Source of the DNA: a virus
Direction: 5' to 3' (one strand)
IMG/VR virus record: IMGVR_UViG_3300045391_006247
DNA length: 64,000 nt
The number at the start of each line of letters is the position of its first letter. The stretch's first letter is position 1. Positions 1 to 9,626 of the stretch are shown here, in pieces. Under the pieces are notes generated by a model that saw only the letters and a program-made list of their open reading frames with translations, was not told the origin of the DNA and did no database searches. A program made the translations under genes and the position numbers.

Positions 1-1024
1 CCAAGCTTTAGGGATAACAGGGAGTGAAGAGCAGATTCAGCGAAAACTAGCCGATCGCCAACGGCAAGAAGCGATCGCGACACTAGCTAGGCTTGCCCAA
101 AAACAACAGTTTGATCGCATTTCTCTGGACTTGCAGCTGCAACAGGAGGAGGCGCAGAAACGAAGTGCGGTGATCGAGGCGCAACGGAATCAATTAGCCG
201 CGCAACGTCAGGTGATTGAAGCGAAACAAGCTGTTGCTGAAGCTGCCGCCGCCCAACAGAACGCTCAGGCACAATTGCAAGAAGCACAACTCACTCAAGA
301 CCCCGCAGAACGGGCTAGGGCAGTGGCTGAGGCACAAAGGGCAGTTAATGAAGCCGATCGGCAGGCACAAGGAGCACAGCAAAACCTGCAATTCTCCCAA
401 CAGGATGTGGGGCTTGCTCAAGAGCAGGTTACCCAGGCTCAAGAAGCATCAAAAGCTCAGGGTGAAATTGCTGCAAATTCTCGCGCAGCACTTGAAGCAC
501 AACAACAATCCGAGGCAGCGGTTGCCAAACAGACGGCTGATTCCGCCATTTTTGCCGCTAACTTGGGCGAAGCTGAAGCGCGATCGAAGGGCATTAACAG
601 TTACCTGGGTGGAGGAAGTACAACCCCAATCCCTCGACGAACGGGGGGAGATATTCAGTCGGGGCAGCTTTACCACGTTCACAAAGATGAGATGTTTGTC
701 CCTGCGACGAATGGGTATATGTTGCGTCGTGCTGATGCGATGAGGGTGGCACAACAGGCACTTAGCACAGGGGCGGGAGTTTCACTTGGGGGAGTGCGAT
801 CGGTTGGCAGTGCGGCAGGGAATAACAGTGTTTTGCTGCTGTCTTCCCTAGCCCGACTGGAGAAGGCTGTTAAATCAGGAAATTCAGGGATAAATATTCA
901 GCAGTTGTCGCAGTCGATCACCAATCAAGTACCGAGAGATGCGAATGCGATGGCACAACAAGCTGAAAGTGTTTATTTGAGGATGATTTCTGACTTGAGA
1001 AATAGTATTAAGGGATTGAATTGA
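1..1024 (+). CDS. Tail tape measure protein, C-terminal part (5'-truncated)
   Basis: Frame of ORF 131..1024 is open back to the window edge (QALGITGSEEQIQRKL...); Gln/Ala-rich coiled coil followed by TGGDIQSGQLYHVHKDEMFVP, resembling the tape-measure C-terminal GG...GxE.FVP motif. Confidence 0.75.
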   Translation, partial: QALGITGSEEQIQRKLADRQRQEAIATLARLAQKQQFDRISLDLQLQQEEAQKRSAVIEAQRNQLAAQRQVIEAKQAVAEAAAAQQNAQAQLQEAQLTQDPAERARAVAEAQRAVNEADRQAQGAQQNLQFSQQDVGLAQEQVTQAQEASKAQGEIAANSRAALEAQQQSEAAVAKQTADSAIFAANLGEAEARSKGINSYLGGGSTTPIPRRTGGDIQSGQLYHVHKDEMFVPATNGYMLRRADAMRVAQQALSTGAGVSLGGVRSVGSAAGNNSVLLLSSLARLEKAVKSGNSGINIQQLSQSITNQVPRDANAMAQQAESVYLRMISDLRNSIKGLN

Positions 1025-1219
1025 GAGGCGATCGTTTATGAATATTAAGCTGTTCGGGCAAAAACTTATGGCTATAGACCGCAATGGGGTTTTCTTTATA
1101 CGATGGCGCATTACCTCTATATACAACCATCACGTTTCTTCGTCAAATTGGTACAAAGTGAAAGATTTGCCTTTCAATTTGCGAATCATTTGGCGTGAAG
1201 TTACAAGAATCGATCGCCC

Positions 1220-1552
1220 ATGACCACACACAACATCATCATTAAGGTTTTCCCCGACGATAATCAATGGTGCGCCGTGATTGAGAATCCCCCATCTTTT
1301 AGTGAGCCTGAGTTTGGACGGACTGCGGCAGAAGCAGTAGGGAAACTCTCCGATCGGCTTTGCTTGTTAGGGGAAGAACAAATAGAAGAGGATAGCGATC
1401 GTGTTGAAATCTCTAATGTCCCTCATGGGTTTGGGAAAGCTGGCACAATTAGCACGTTCACCGTAACTGCGATCAAGCCAATTGAATCGCCAATACAGGA
1501 AATCATTAAACGCATTGAGAACATCGAGCGGACACTAGGAATATTGCCATGA
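1220..1552 (+). CDS. Hypothetical protein, HicB-like N-terminal fold possible
   Basis: 110-aa ORF; IKVFPDDNQWCAVIE...FGRTAAEAVGKL resembles the HicB pattern. Confidence 0.4.
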   Translation: MTTHNIIIKVFPDDNQWCAVIENPPSFSEPEFGRTAAEAVGKLSDRLCLLGEEQIEEDSDRVEISNVPHGFGKAGTISTFTVTAIKPIESPIQEIIKRIENIERTLGILP

Positions 1553-2085
1553 CTTTTGCTGTAGACGGTTTTGCCAGTATCCGATTCCCCGTTACTCAAG
1601 AAATATACGATCGCTTCTCCTCAGCAAACCCTGATCTCTTTGAGCTATTCTCCACATCTCCATTCAACGCACATATGGTCATGTGGTGCTCTCCTGAAGA
1701 ATACAAGCCGATCGACCAGGAATTGGGCTCAACAGAACTTGTGGCAGGCTACAGTACGATGCTGTTGACTCCTGTGGCTAAACTGTACGGCTTTGAGGTT
1801 TCGACGATCGAGAGTCGTCCCGCGGTCTATGACACTCTTGTGACTCTTAGAAGGAACGCTACAGCTGTTCGGGGTGCGTATAGCGCAATCGTTGTTTACG
1901 ATGGGCACCACGTTCATGATGGGGGTGTTGTTGAGACGATTCACGGTTATCCCTACAGCGTCAGAAACGTGAGACTGACCTCGATCGCACCTCAGGGTGG
2001 GTCTTTGGTTATTGGGGGGAAGAGATACGCTTCTAACGGTTTTACGGTGCGGTTTATTGAGGTGAAGCCACGAGATGTCTACTAG
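1549..2085 (+). CDS. Hypothetical protein, probably distal tail-associated
   Basis: 178-aa ORF, ATGA-coupled, downstream of tape measure. Confidence 0.6.
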   Translation: MTFAVDGFASIRFPVTQEIYDRFSSANPDLFELFSTSPFNAHMVMWCSPEEYKPIDQELGSTELVAGYSTMLLTPVAKLYGFEVSTIESRPAVYDTLVTLRRNATAVRGAYSAIVVYDGHHVHDGGVVETIHGYPYSVRNVRLTSIAPQGGSLVIGGKRYASNGFTVRFIEVKPRDVY

Positions 2086-3190
2086 CCTTCCAGAAGGCGT
2101 CTATCCCGGTTGTAGCGCTATTAGTGGCATCGCTCAACCGGGCGGGGGGATGTGGGTTAATGTTCCCGGTATTGGGTCGAGTGTAAGGGCGATCGCATCT
2201 AACAGGATTGATTCACAAACGAACTTGACTGTAACGGTCGATCGCGCTGGGGCGGTGCGGGTTTTTGGAGTGGGGGAAAGACCGCCAACGCTTGAGAGGA
2301 CGACTGAGTTTAGGCGATCGCGCCGTCGCACCAGTACCGAAAGACTCGTCAGGGCGGCGTATATCCTAATCGAGGACAGAATCACGATCGAACCGTTCAC
2401 TCGGCGCAGATATTATCGTTTGGTGTTGCCTCAAATTGCGCCTATTGATATCCCGTTTGTCGCTAGTCGGATTGAGATCGATCCGCCCGTGTCAACAGTT
2501 ACAGGGGGATTGATTAATTTCTATGTGCCTACTGTGATTCCTCTCATCAGCATTAATAGAGGAAGTCCTAGCACGATTCATATTGATTTCCTGCACACAG
2601 CACTAGACGAACCACCGATCGATCAACTCGTCAATCAGCAGCCACTTCCCCTCTACTACAAGCACTGGCAATATATCGCTGAGCTAGTGGAGGTGGAGCA
2701 GTCAGGGAGTTGGCGATCGTTTGCTTTTGAGGGAGTGACTGAGTATCCCTTTAACTTCACCTATGATTCAGAAGAGGAACAATGGAGTAAGGCGAGCGCT
2801 CTTTATGGGTTGCAGCTATCCCTAGACACCGAGCTAAATACTTTTTTCTTGGTCAATCAATCTGAACTTTTCCCCGATACCTCAACCTACACGAGCAGAA
2901 ATTATTACGGGATGCTTTATCTCAACACTAGCTTCCCTGATCCAACTCAAGAGACAACAATGCGAATTAGGGGATACAAATTTATTGATCGGGCAGCAAT
3001 TCTCTTGACTGATGACAACACTTATGAAACCACAGCAAATATTTTGCTGTCTGGACAGGAAGTACTTCAGGTCTTTGAACCACTATCAGACTGGGGACTT
3101 GCAATTGAGTATGAAAATGTTTTAGGAACACTTACCCCGCTAAATAGTTTCATCGACCCATCGATCGCAGTATTGATTCTTGACGAGTAG
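2075..3190 (+). CDS. Hypothetical tail-associated protein
   Basis: 371-aa ORF overlapping the previous gene. Confidence 0.6.
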   Translation: MSTSLPEGVYPGCSAISGIAQPGGGMWVNVPGIGSSVRAIASNRIDSQTNLTVTVDRAGAVRVFGVGERPPTLERTTEFRRSRRRTSTERLVRAAYILIEDRITIEPFTRRRYYRLVLPQIAPIDIPFVASRIEIDPPVSTVTGGLINFYVPTVIPLISINRGSPSTIHIDFLHTALDEPPIDQLVNQQPLPLYYKHWQYIAELVEVEQSGSWRSFAFEGVTEYPFNFTYDSEEEQWSKASALYGLQLSLDTELNTFFLVNQSELFPDTSTYTSRNYYGMLYLNTSFPDPTQETTMRIRGYKFIDRAAILLTDDNTYETTANILLSGQEVLQVFEPLSDWGLAIEYENVLGTLTPLNSFIDPSIAVLILDE

Positions 3191-3270
3191 GCGATCGCGC
3201 ATCAAGATTTGGCTCATTGGCTCTAACCCACTGTTTCACGGCAGTGGGTTTTTCTTTGGGGCGATCGGGT

Positions 3271-3544
3271 GTGTGCAAACTGTGTCAACCCTCACCAATA
3301 GGTTGCCACGGCTGAAAGTCTTGATATATCTACCTTGTTCCAACTGTATACAACTGTTCCAACCTCAAAAAAAGATTTAGTAAATATAAGAAAACGGCGA
3401 TCGCACACACCCCTAAAAACTTTGCTGTGAATTTCCCCTCTAAGGAAAACAGCTTGAACAGTTGCCACGGTTGGAACGGTTGAGACGGGGTAAGGGTTTG
3501 AAGCGTTCCAACCCCTAGCGATGAGTTGGAACGGGGGTTGGAAC
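3271..3544 (+). repeat. Dispersed ~300-bp ori-like repeat, copy A (non-coding)
   Basis: Colinear with the reverse complement of 58741-59030; contains GGTTGCCACGGCTGAAA, AACTGTTCCAACCTCAAA, TTAGTAAATATAAG and GGTTGGAAC iterons. Confidence 0.9.
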
Positions 3545-3671
3545 GGGGAATGGTGCCGTGGTGCGATCGGCTTTGCTTGACTGTGTAGAGTTGTTGATGC
3601 AGCGGCAATTACGGTGAGATTAGGTAAGAAAATAGTCGTAGTACATAAAGCAAGAAATCACTTAATGTCAC

Positions 3672-3718
3672 AAACCAAAATGCCCTCAACTTAGTCTAAG
3701 TTGAGGGCATTTTGGTTT
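3672..3718. terminator. 47-bp palindrome (23-bp arms, 1-nt centre), likely bidirectional terminator
   Basis: AAACCAAAATGCCCTCAACTTAG-T-CTAAGTTGAGGGCATTTTGGTTT, at the stop of 3717..3926. Confidence 0.6.
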
Positions 3719-3926
3719 AAGGTTCAGCCGCTCTCTTGCAGCTTTCCGAGTTGGGTTGATTTTGCTTTTTGTCAATCTCGCAAAGCGCTTTGTCTATTTT
3801 GCGAGTACCCTCCTCCGTTTTTTGAACTTCGGGCGATTTTGTGATGGATTGATATTGAATGTAAATTACAGCTGCAATTCCGGCAGTGGCGATCGCAAGC
3901 AAGGCAATTAAAAGAGGTTTAGGCAT
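3717..3926 (-). CDS. Small N-terminally anchored/secreted two-Cys protein; paralog of 34715..34921
   Basis: Hydrophobic N-terminus; EGTRKI...C...C shared with paralog. Confidence 0.8.
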   Translation of the reverse strand: MPKPLLIALLAIATAGIAAVIYIQYQSITKSPEVQKTEEGTRKIDKALCEIDKKQNQPNSESCKRAAEP

Positions 3927-3979
3927 GGGGTGATCAGATTAACTAGGTCTTACCCAAGGTAGCCGATCACCCCATTGTT

Positions 3980-4219
3980 TTATTGCTCTAGCGCTTCAAA
4001 GTAACGATACGCAACCAGCTTGTGCTCAACTCTCCAACGGTTCAACGTACCCATTACATCAGAAAAGCGATCAGTTTCCGTGAACAATTCAACCGTCAAT
4101 TCGTGCCCAGTTGTAACATGAACCAAAGTGTAAAGCCACAAATGATTTCCTTCAGCGCCAATCGTTTCATCAGCAGGGGATGCGGGGCGATCGAGTAAGG
4201 TTGTGCGTGAACGTGCCAT
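3980..4219 (-). CDS. Hypothetical protein
   Basis: 79-aa ORF divergent from the XRE gene, plausible composition. Confidence 0.6.
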   Translation of the reverse strand: MARSRTTLLDRPASPADETIGAEGNHLWLYTLVHVTTGHELTVELFTETDRFSDVMGTLNRWRVEHKLVAYRYFEALEQ

Positions 4220-4375
4220 AATAGTTGGGTTCCTGTTTTGGGACTGAAAGGCGGTTTCTTCTTTGCCGGAGTGAACCGCCTCTCTTATTTCCTAAAGATA
4301 ACACGATACTAGTATCACGTCAACAGCTAGTCATTATCATAGTATTGTATTATCATAGGATGGTACGATAAAAGG

Positions 4376-4600
4376 ATGAAAGTGATTAGCAAACTACAGT
4401 CGTTAATGGAAAGGCAAGAAGGACTTGATCAAAAGACTCTTGCAGCAAGAACTGGACTTAGCCCTACAACCGTAGGGAAGCTTTACCGTGGTCATTTTGA
4501 TCGCATCGACAATCACACAGTCACCACGCTGTGCAAGTATTTCAAGCTTAAATCTATAAGCGAACTCATAGAGATTCAATGGGAGAGTTCTGATGTCTAA
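4376..4600 (+). CDS. XRE/Cro-C1-type HTH regulator; paralog of 34118..34333
   Basis: KLQSLM...LAARTGLSPTTVGKLY...RID...LCKYF pattern. Confidence 0.85.
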   Translation: MKVISKLQSLMERQEGLDQKTLAARTGLSPTTVGKLYRGHFDRIDNHTVTTLCKYFKLKSISELIEIQWESSDV

Positions 4601-5351
4601 TTTGCAGCTTTTTGACCACGAATTTAACGGACGCAAAATCCGGCAGCGTTCAGAAGATGGTTACGTCAACTTAACCGACATGAGCAAAGCGGGAAGCAAA
4701 ACAGTTGCTTCATTTTTGCGACTCAAGGAAACAAAAGCCTACATTGCAGTTGTAGCCGCCGATGTGCAGATTCACACATCGGCAATTGTGCAAATTTCTA
4801 AAGGTGGAGACGATCAAACCAATCAGGGTACGTGGGCACATCATTTAGTGGCGATCGCGTTTGCTCGGCGTATATCTCCAGAATTTGCAGTTTGGGCTGA
4901 CAAGCAATTAACAAGAATCATCGACAACGACCCCACGCTGACGACAGAGTTGTTAGATCGGATGCCAGACAAAGCCGCAGCTGTGTTGATATCCGATCGC
5001 ATTGAGACAATGGAAGATCTGAGTGCTGTTGAGCTTGTTCAGCAAACAGCATCACAAAAAATTGCCGCATTGCTTGAAAAGGCTGGGTTGCCATACGGTG
5101 AATCTGTGCCAACCCCAAAACTTTCGGAGGAAAAATACGATCGAGCACTTAGTTCTAAACATGCCCATGAATCATGGCAGGTGATTGACGGGGTAACTTG
5201 GTTTTGTCCTCCTGGCACTGATACTTGGCAGGTTGATTGCGACACGAAAAATTATCAAGATTATTGCCTTTGGCGGGAGTGGTATCCAAAAAACAATTTG
5301 CCGTTAGCTCAATCAATTGAAGCTTTGCGTTTAATTAAATCGGTCAATTGA
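4593..5351 (+). CDS. KilA-N domain protein (antirepressor-like)
   Basis: FNGRKIRQRSEDGYVNLTDM...GTWAH..VAIAFARRISPEFAVW is a typical KilA-N signature. Confidence 0.85.
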   Translation: MSNLQLFDHEFNGRKIRQRSEDGYVNLTDMSKAGSKTVASFLRLKETKAYIAVVAADVQIHTSAIVQISKGGDDQTNQGTWAHHLVAIAFARRISPEFAVWADKQLTRIIDNDPTLTTELLDRMPDKAAAVLISDRIETMEDLSAVELVQQTASQKIAALLEKAGLPYGESVPTPKLSEEKYDRALSSKHAHESWQVIDGVTWFCPPGTDTWQVDCDTKNYQDYCLWREWYPKNNLPLAQSIEALRLIKSVN

Positions 5352-5403
5352 TGATGGTTTACCGCCTGAATTACAATAAATTCGTCCCCATTTCACCCGC
5401 CTC

Positions 5404-5649
5404 ATGCAAACGACAATCACCCAATCATTCGATCGCAATCCCCTGTTTCCTTCCAAAGAGAAATCAGCAGATCCTACCTCCCTCGTTTTGATCGAAGCAG
5501 GTGCCCCTTACAGGGTGTTGATGGTAAAAAAAGAGTCAGAAGTTAGAGGTAACGGCAATCCCGATCGCACTCTTCTTCTAGTTCAAGCGCAAGTTACCCC
5601 AGAACCGGGCGATGTTGCGTTTGCTTGGCTCCCAAAGGATAGAATATAG
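5404..5649 (+). CDS. Hypothetical protein
   Basis: 81-aa ATG ORF. Confidence 0.55.
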   Translation: MQTTITQSFDRNPLFPSKEKSADPTSLVLIEAGAPYRVLMVKKESEVRGNGNPDRTLLLVQAQVTPEPGDVAFAWLPKDRI

Positions 5650-5839
5650 GGATTCTAGCTGATTCTTTCCTCTGAACTTCCGAACGGATGCACGATCGCC
5701 CCTAAACAAGGCGATCGTTTTTTATGGCAAAGGGTAGCAGCCTGTTTGCTACCCTTTGCGATCGTTTTTGTTCGGTCACCCTCAAAGCGTTGCCAGACAA
5801 GGAGTTCAGCCTCCAATACTTGAAAGTCCGGTCACCTGT

Positions 5840-6031
5840 TCACTGCTTAGGTGCGCGATAAATCCTACGCCAGCCCGATCGCTCCAAGACATCTTGCCTC
5901 CCCATCGTGACCTTGTTTTCACCGTAATACCTCAGAGTGATACTGCCGAGCAAAGACCTCAAAACGATCGCTGTACTTTGATCGCGATCGTTTTGGACTT
6001 TATCTCCTTCTTGCCACCGGCTATCGTTCAA
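5840..6031 (-). CDS. Hypothetical protein
   Basis: 63-aa ORF starting right after the stop of the 1111-aa tail gene on the same strand. Confidence 0.4.
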   Translation of the reverse strand: MNDSRWQEGDKVQNDRDQSTAIVLRSLLGSITLRYYGENKVTMGRQDVLERSGWRRIYRAPKQ

Positions 6032-6033
6032 AC

Positions 6034-9000
6034 CTACGCCTTTGAAACCTCTAGGTTATCCACCCTGTATTTTGTTGCCCCAGCAGACACGGGTGAAGTC
6101 TTAATTGCGAACTGAAAATCTGTCGATGTCCCCGTTGCACCGATCGAAGTACTGTCAGCAGCGTTCGTGTCAACTTTAATTGAGGCATCAACTCCAGGAT
6201 TACACGAAAGGACGATTGAATACCATGTGCCAACAGATAGAGCAACGGTAGAATCGATCGTGTAACCTCCCCCGACATCATCAAAAATCGCAAGCCGCAA
6301 ACAGTTCACCGAGTTCCGATAGCTCAATGTCCACTCTTCATTGCCGAACATAATTAATGACGTTGCCGATCCGCTTGAAGGTTCGGCGTCAATATAAAAG
6401 TCAAACTTGATCCGCCAAGCCACAACTCCAAGGGATAGTCCCGTGTCTGTACTGGAGATAGAAGAAGTGTTGCTTATAATTGCGATCGCATTCCCTGATG
6501 TACCCGAAAGCAGAGAGCAGCCAGACCCCGACAAAACAAAACCGTTGATTGAGTCAACTTGGTTGGTCGCACTGCCCTCCATATCCCAAAACGCGATCGG
6601 TTCTAGAACGACAGGGGGTTCATACCATCCTTTAACCTCAGAATACAGAATACCTCCACGAGCCAATGCTCTAATAATCCATACCCTACCGGCAGTTGTC
6701 ACCAAGTTGGGGGCTGTTTCGTTGGGGAATCGCCACAGACTGCCAAACGTGACCGCATACCCCCCTGCGCTCGACTGTTTAAGAAGCAACTCATAATCCG
6801 CCCCATTGACAATCCCGATCGGGTTATCGATCAGGGTGTCGGCTTCAATATTGGTCTTGAATAAATTTGTTGTTGCAAGGTTTAGTGTAATAGTTGAGGC
6901 AGGTGCGATCGTTGTTATAGTTCCTGCCACAGGCTTTTGGAAGGTGTTTTGATGCTCTAAGATGGCGATCGTTTCTACCGCGCCACTGCTCTGCTGTCTT
7001 ATCTTCAAAGAGTCGCCTGAAGCAAACAGAGCGGTCTTCCCTGCGTCTGTGGTTGGAGGTTCAGTGATGCGGGTGAGAGCTAATCCACTGGAAGATTCCG
7101 CGCTCCCTGTCGCTCCGGCAACACCCGCACTCGTTACTCGTTTGTTGGTCGCGATCGTTGTTCCAGATGCCGCATTGCCCGCATAGTCTAGATTCTTTAG
7201 AGTGACTGCCGTTGTGGATGCGATCGAAACTACCTGGTAGGTTCCCCCTGTTTCGATGTAAACATTTACCCCAATTGCCATCCAGTTAGTATTTCCAACC
7301 GCAACAGAGATATTAGCCAATGCCGCAGATTGAACAAATGAAGCCGTTGTGCTTGTGTATGCTCCGGGTCCTGCTGGACCTGCCGGAGCCGCGATGCTTC
7401 CTCTTAGCTGCCATGTGTCGGTGGATATTTTTTCGTAAAGGTTGAGGACAGTCCCATCGGTAGCAATGCACTTGTCATTCTCTGTCCCATCTCCAGACGT
7501 TGGGGGCGTATCCCTCAGCAAAATATCTGAAGACTGCGCGATCGCATCTTGCAAGGCAATAAACTCAGGGATGCAGCCCAAAGATTCAGAGTGAGAAATC
7601 TTCGTGACGCGATCGTTTGAGTCGGGGAAGTAGTAAGCGATCGCAACTTGATAATCCCCTGTTGGCAGTGTCGAGGATGACGGCGAAACATCTTGAACCG
7701 TGGCATTAATCGTGTCGTACCCGAACAGGCAAAAATCAGAACTCGGGGAGGTAGGCAACGCTCCAACGATCGAACCACCAGAGAGGGTAATGATATCGAT
7801 CGTTCCTGTCGGGGCAACAGGGTCTAGCTGATAGATATTTCCTGTTGCCAACTCGACGATATAAACATAGATAAAGGGAACGTTGAAGTCTGCCGTAGTT
7901 CCCGCAATTCGATCGGGGTAATCTGACCTAACTGCCGTGGGATAATCGATCGCGAGTCTAATGCCATCGGTGCTACTCGCGATCGTCAGTGCGCTGCTCA
8001 GGGGGGATGCTGTGAATGTGCCTCCCACAGTTGAAACGATCGCTCTCACGGCTTCAGTTGTCAGGATAGTGCCAGAAGGCAAGCGATAGGCGATCGCCCC
8101 CGCCAGTGCGGCAGATACGGTGATTTTGAGGTTCGCCTGATCGGTAGGCAGTCCAATCAACTCGGTCTCACCCACGGATGGCGATCGGTATCCCCCGACA
8201 AGGCACTTGCCCGGTAATCGCTTCACCCCACCTGAGACAGGGACAATCCGCATCAAGTCACCATCAGGGAGCACAACATCCCCAACGATCGCCCATGACG
8301 AGTCGAGCTTGCCTAGCAACCCCTCCGGATATAACACAGTGGTGATTTGTGCGCCCTGTTGAATCACTGATTGAAGCTCAGCGGTCCTAAATCTAAATGT
8401 CAGTTCATACGCTGCTGCATACCCTTTCAGAAGGTCTTGAGGCAGTTCGACGGGTGAATCTGCGGCTTGCCATGTTATCGAGTCTCCTACGGTCGGAATC
8501 GAGGTGTTGAGCGTCCCCGTCGATCGCCTTACATACCCCAATAGCTTGAAGTAAGCACGACCTGAAAAAGCATCCGTGACGTTGCGACCGTTGGCTTTCA
8601 GTTGAAGAGTCAAGGATGTGCCTTGTGGTTCTGCCGCGCCACTGACCTCTTCTAGTCCGTTGGAAAACCACAGTTGAACAGGATATGAGTCTGACCCTGA
8701 ACCACCGTAAGCCGGAGGGGAATAGAGCACATCCTCGGGCAGGATGTTGATCAAAGGGCGATCGCATCCTCCCGCATCTGTCGTGGCAGCAAGATAGGTC
8801 GAGATGTTCACTAGACTCTCACTCACCCAATAGCCTGACGAAGCCCCATAAAGCCCTGACTCCGCGATCGGGTCGTATTTGACGTACTCGCTCGTGGATG
8901 CGATCAGTCGCGTCATGCCATACAGTAATCCAGATGTCGGCAAAGCGGCAGGATTGGCAACAGCAGGAACGATCGCGGTTTGAGAGTCCAAGGTCAAGTC

Positions 9001-9369
9001 TACCGAATAGGGGAAGGTGAGATAATCCCCCTGCCCTGGGTAATTGATGCCGCCAACGGTCAAGAGGTCGCGAGTTCTGATGCTGAACAACCGCTTCATG
9101 TTTGTGGGCGTGTTCGTCGTTGCCGCGCTGATGATGTACTCATAGATATCCTCAGCGCTCGCCCTTGCCGCAGCAGTAAAAGCGATCGTCACTTTTCCCC
9201 CACTGCCCCAAGTCGTTTGAACGGGGGAAGATAAAAGATTTCGCCCTACCCGGTTAATTGCCTGCACCGAGAACCAGAGCGAGCCTGCGGTCAAACTTCC
9301 ACCCGTTCCTGCGGTGAAAGTTACTCCGGGTGTCTGTTGCCGAGTCGAAGCATAAGAACTAATAGACAT
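6034..9369 (-). CDS. Large tail fibre / receptor-binding protein with C-terminal LamG/concanavalin-like domain
   Basis: 1111 aa, Ser/Thr/Gly rich, GPAGPAG hinge, terminal PIAFWDMEG...GTWYSIVL...YRVDNL LamG-like pattern. Confidence 0.7.
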   Translation of the reverse strand: MSISSYASTRQQTPGVTFTAGTGGSLTAGSLWFSVQAINRVGRNLLSSPVQTTWGSGGKVTIAFTAAARASAEDIYEYIISAATTNTPTNMKRLFSIRTRDLLTVGGINYPGQGDYLTFPYSVDLTLDSQTAIVPAVANPAALPTSGLLYGMTRLIASTSEYVKYDPIAESGLYGASSGYWVSESLVNISTYLAATTDAGGCDRPLINILPEDVLYSPPAYGGSGSDSYPVQLWFSNGLEEVSGAAEPQGTSLTLQLKANGRNVTDAFSGRAYFKLLGYVRRSTGTLNTSIPTVGDSITWQAADSPVELPQDLLKGYAAAYELTFRFRTAELQSVIQQGAQITTVLYPEGLLGKLDSSWAIVGDVVLPDGDLMRIVPVSGGVKRLPGKCLVGGYRSPSVGETELIGLPTDQANLKITVSAALAGAIAYRLPSGTILTTEAVRAIVSTVGGTFTASPLSSALTIASSTDGIRLAIDYPTAVRSDYPDRIAGTTADFNVPFIYVYIVELATGNIYQLDPVAPTGTIDIITLSGGSIVGALPTSPSSDFCLFGYDTINATVQDVSPSSSTLPTGDYQVAIAYYFPDSNDRVTKISHSESLGCIPEFIALQDAIAQSSDILLRDTPPTSGDGTENDKCIATDGTVLNLYEKISTDTWQLRGSIAAPAGPAGPGAYTSTTASFVQSAALANISVAVGNTNWMAIGVNVYIETGGTYQVVSIASTTAVTLKNLDYAGNAASGTTIATNKRVTSAGVAGATGSAESSSGLALTRITEPPTTDAGKTALFASGDSLKIRQQSSGAVETIAILEHQNTFQKPVAGTITTIAPASTITLNLATTNLFKTNIEADTLIDNPIGIVNGADYELLLKQSSAGGYAVTFGSLWRFPNETAPNLVTTAGRVWIIRALARGGILYSEVKGWYEPPVVLEPIAFWDMEGSATNQVDSINGFVLSGSGCSLLSGTSGNAIAIISNTSSISSTDTGLSLGVVAWRIKFDFYIDAEPSSGSATSLIMFGNEEWTLSYRNSVNCLRLAIFDDVGGGYTIDSTVALSVGTWYSIVLSCNPGVDASIKVDTNAADSTSIGATGTSTDFQFAIKTSPVSAGATKYRVDNLEVSKA

Positions 9370-9389
9370 TGTGTTGTGCTAACTAATTG

Positions 9390-9626
9390 TTACTGATCTA
9401 ATCCCAGCCAATCGCGATCGCTTTGTTCTACTGATTCGACTTCAATAGAAACGAAAGAATTAATTCGAGTTAAAAGAAATCCAACAAATGCTTGATCTGT
9501 CAAACCTGCCGGACGCAAAGAGGCAACAAGTTCCTTGAACGATTCATCCCCTTCAACGCTGAACGTATCCGCTGCTGCCGCTATAGACCCAATCCGATCG
9601 CTCATTCTGTAAAACGCTATTTTCAT
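9390..9626 (-). CDS. Small protein coupled to the kinase gene (candidate immunity/partner)
   Basis: 78 aa, ATGA overlap with 9623..11077. Confidence 0.7.
   Translation of the reverse strand: MKIAFYRMSDRIGSIAAAADTFSVEGDESFKELVASLRPAGLTDQAFVGFLLTRINSFVSIEVESVEQSDRDWLGLDQ

Noticed and set aside
9-22. TAGGGATAACAGGG, the first 14 nt of the I-SceI site, after AAGCTT (possible vector scar)
   Set aside because: The last 4 nt of the site differ and the sequence reads in frame as part of the tape-measure ORF (ALGITGSEEQ)
1038-1223. HicA toxin upstream of the HicB-like ORF
   Set aside because: No GSH-type HicA motif; coding status itself is doubtful
3330-3608. Apparent paralogous ORF family PxQPFKLFSLEGKF (3330..3608, 11499..11903, 58799..59203, also 32002..32235)
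   Set aside because: Shadow translations of the dispersed ori-like repeat; lengths, starts and frames are not conserved
3672-3718. Palindrome as a protelomerase (hairpin telomere) target
   Set aside because: No protelomerase seen, odd-length centre, and it abuts a stop codon like a terminator; a tyrosine integrase is present instead
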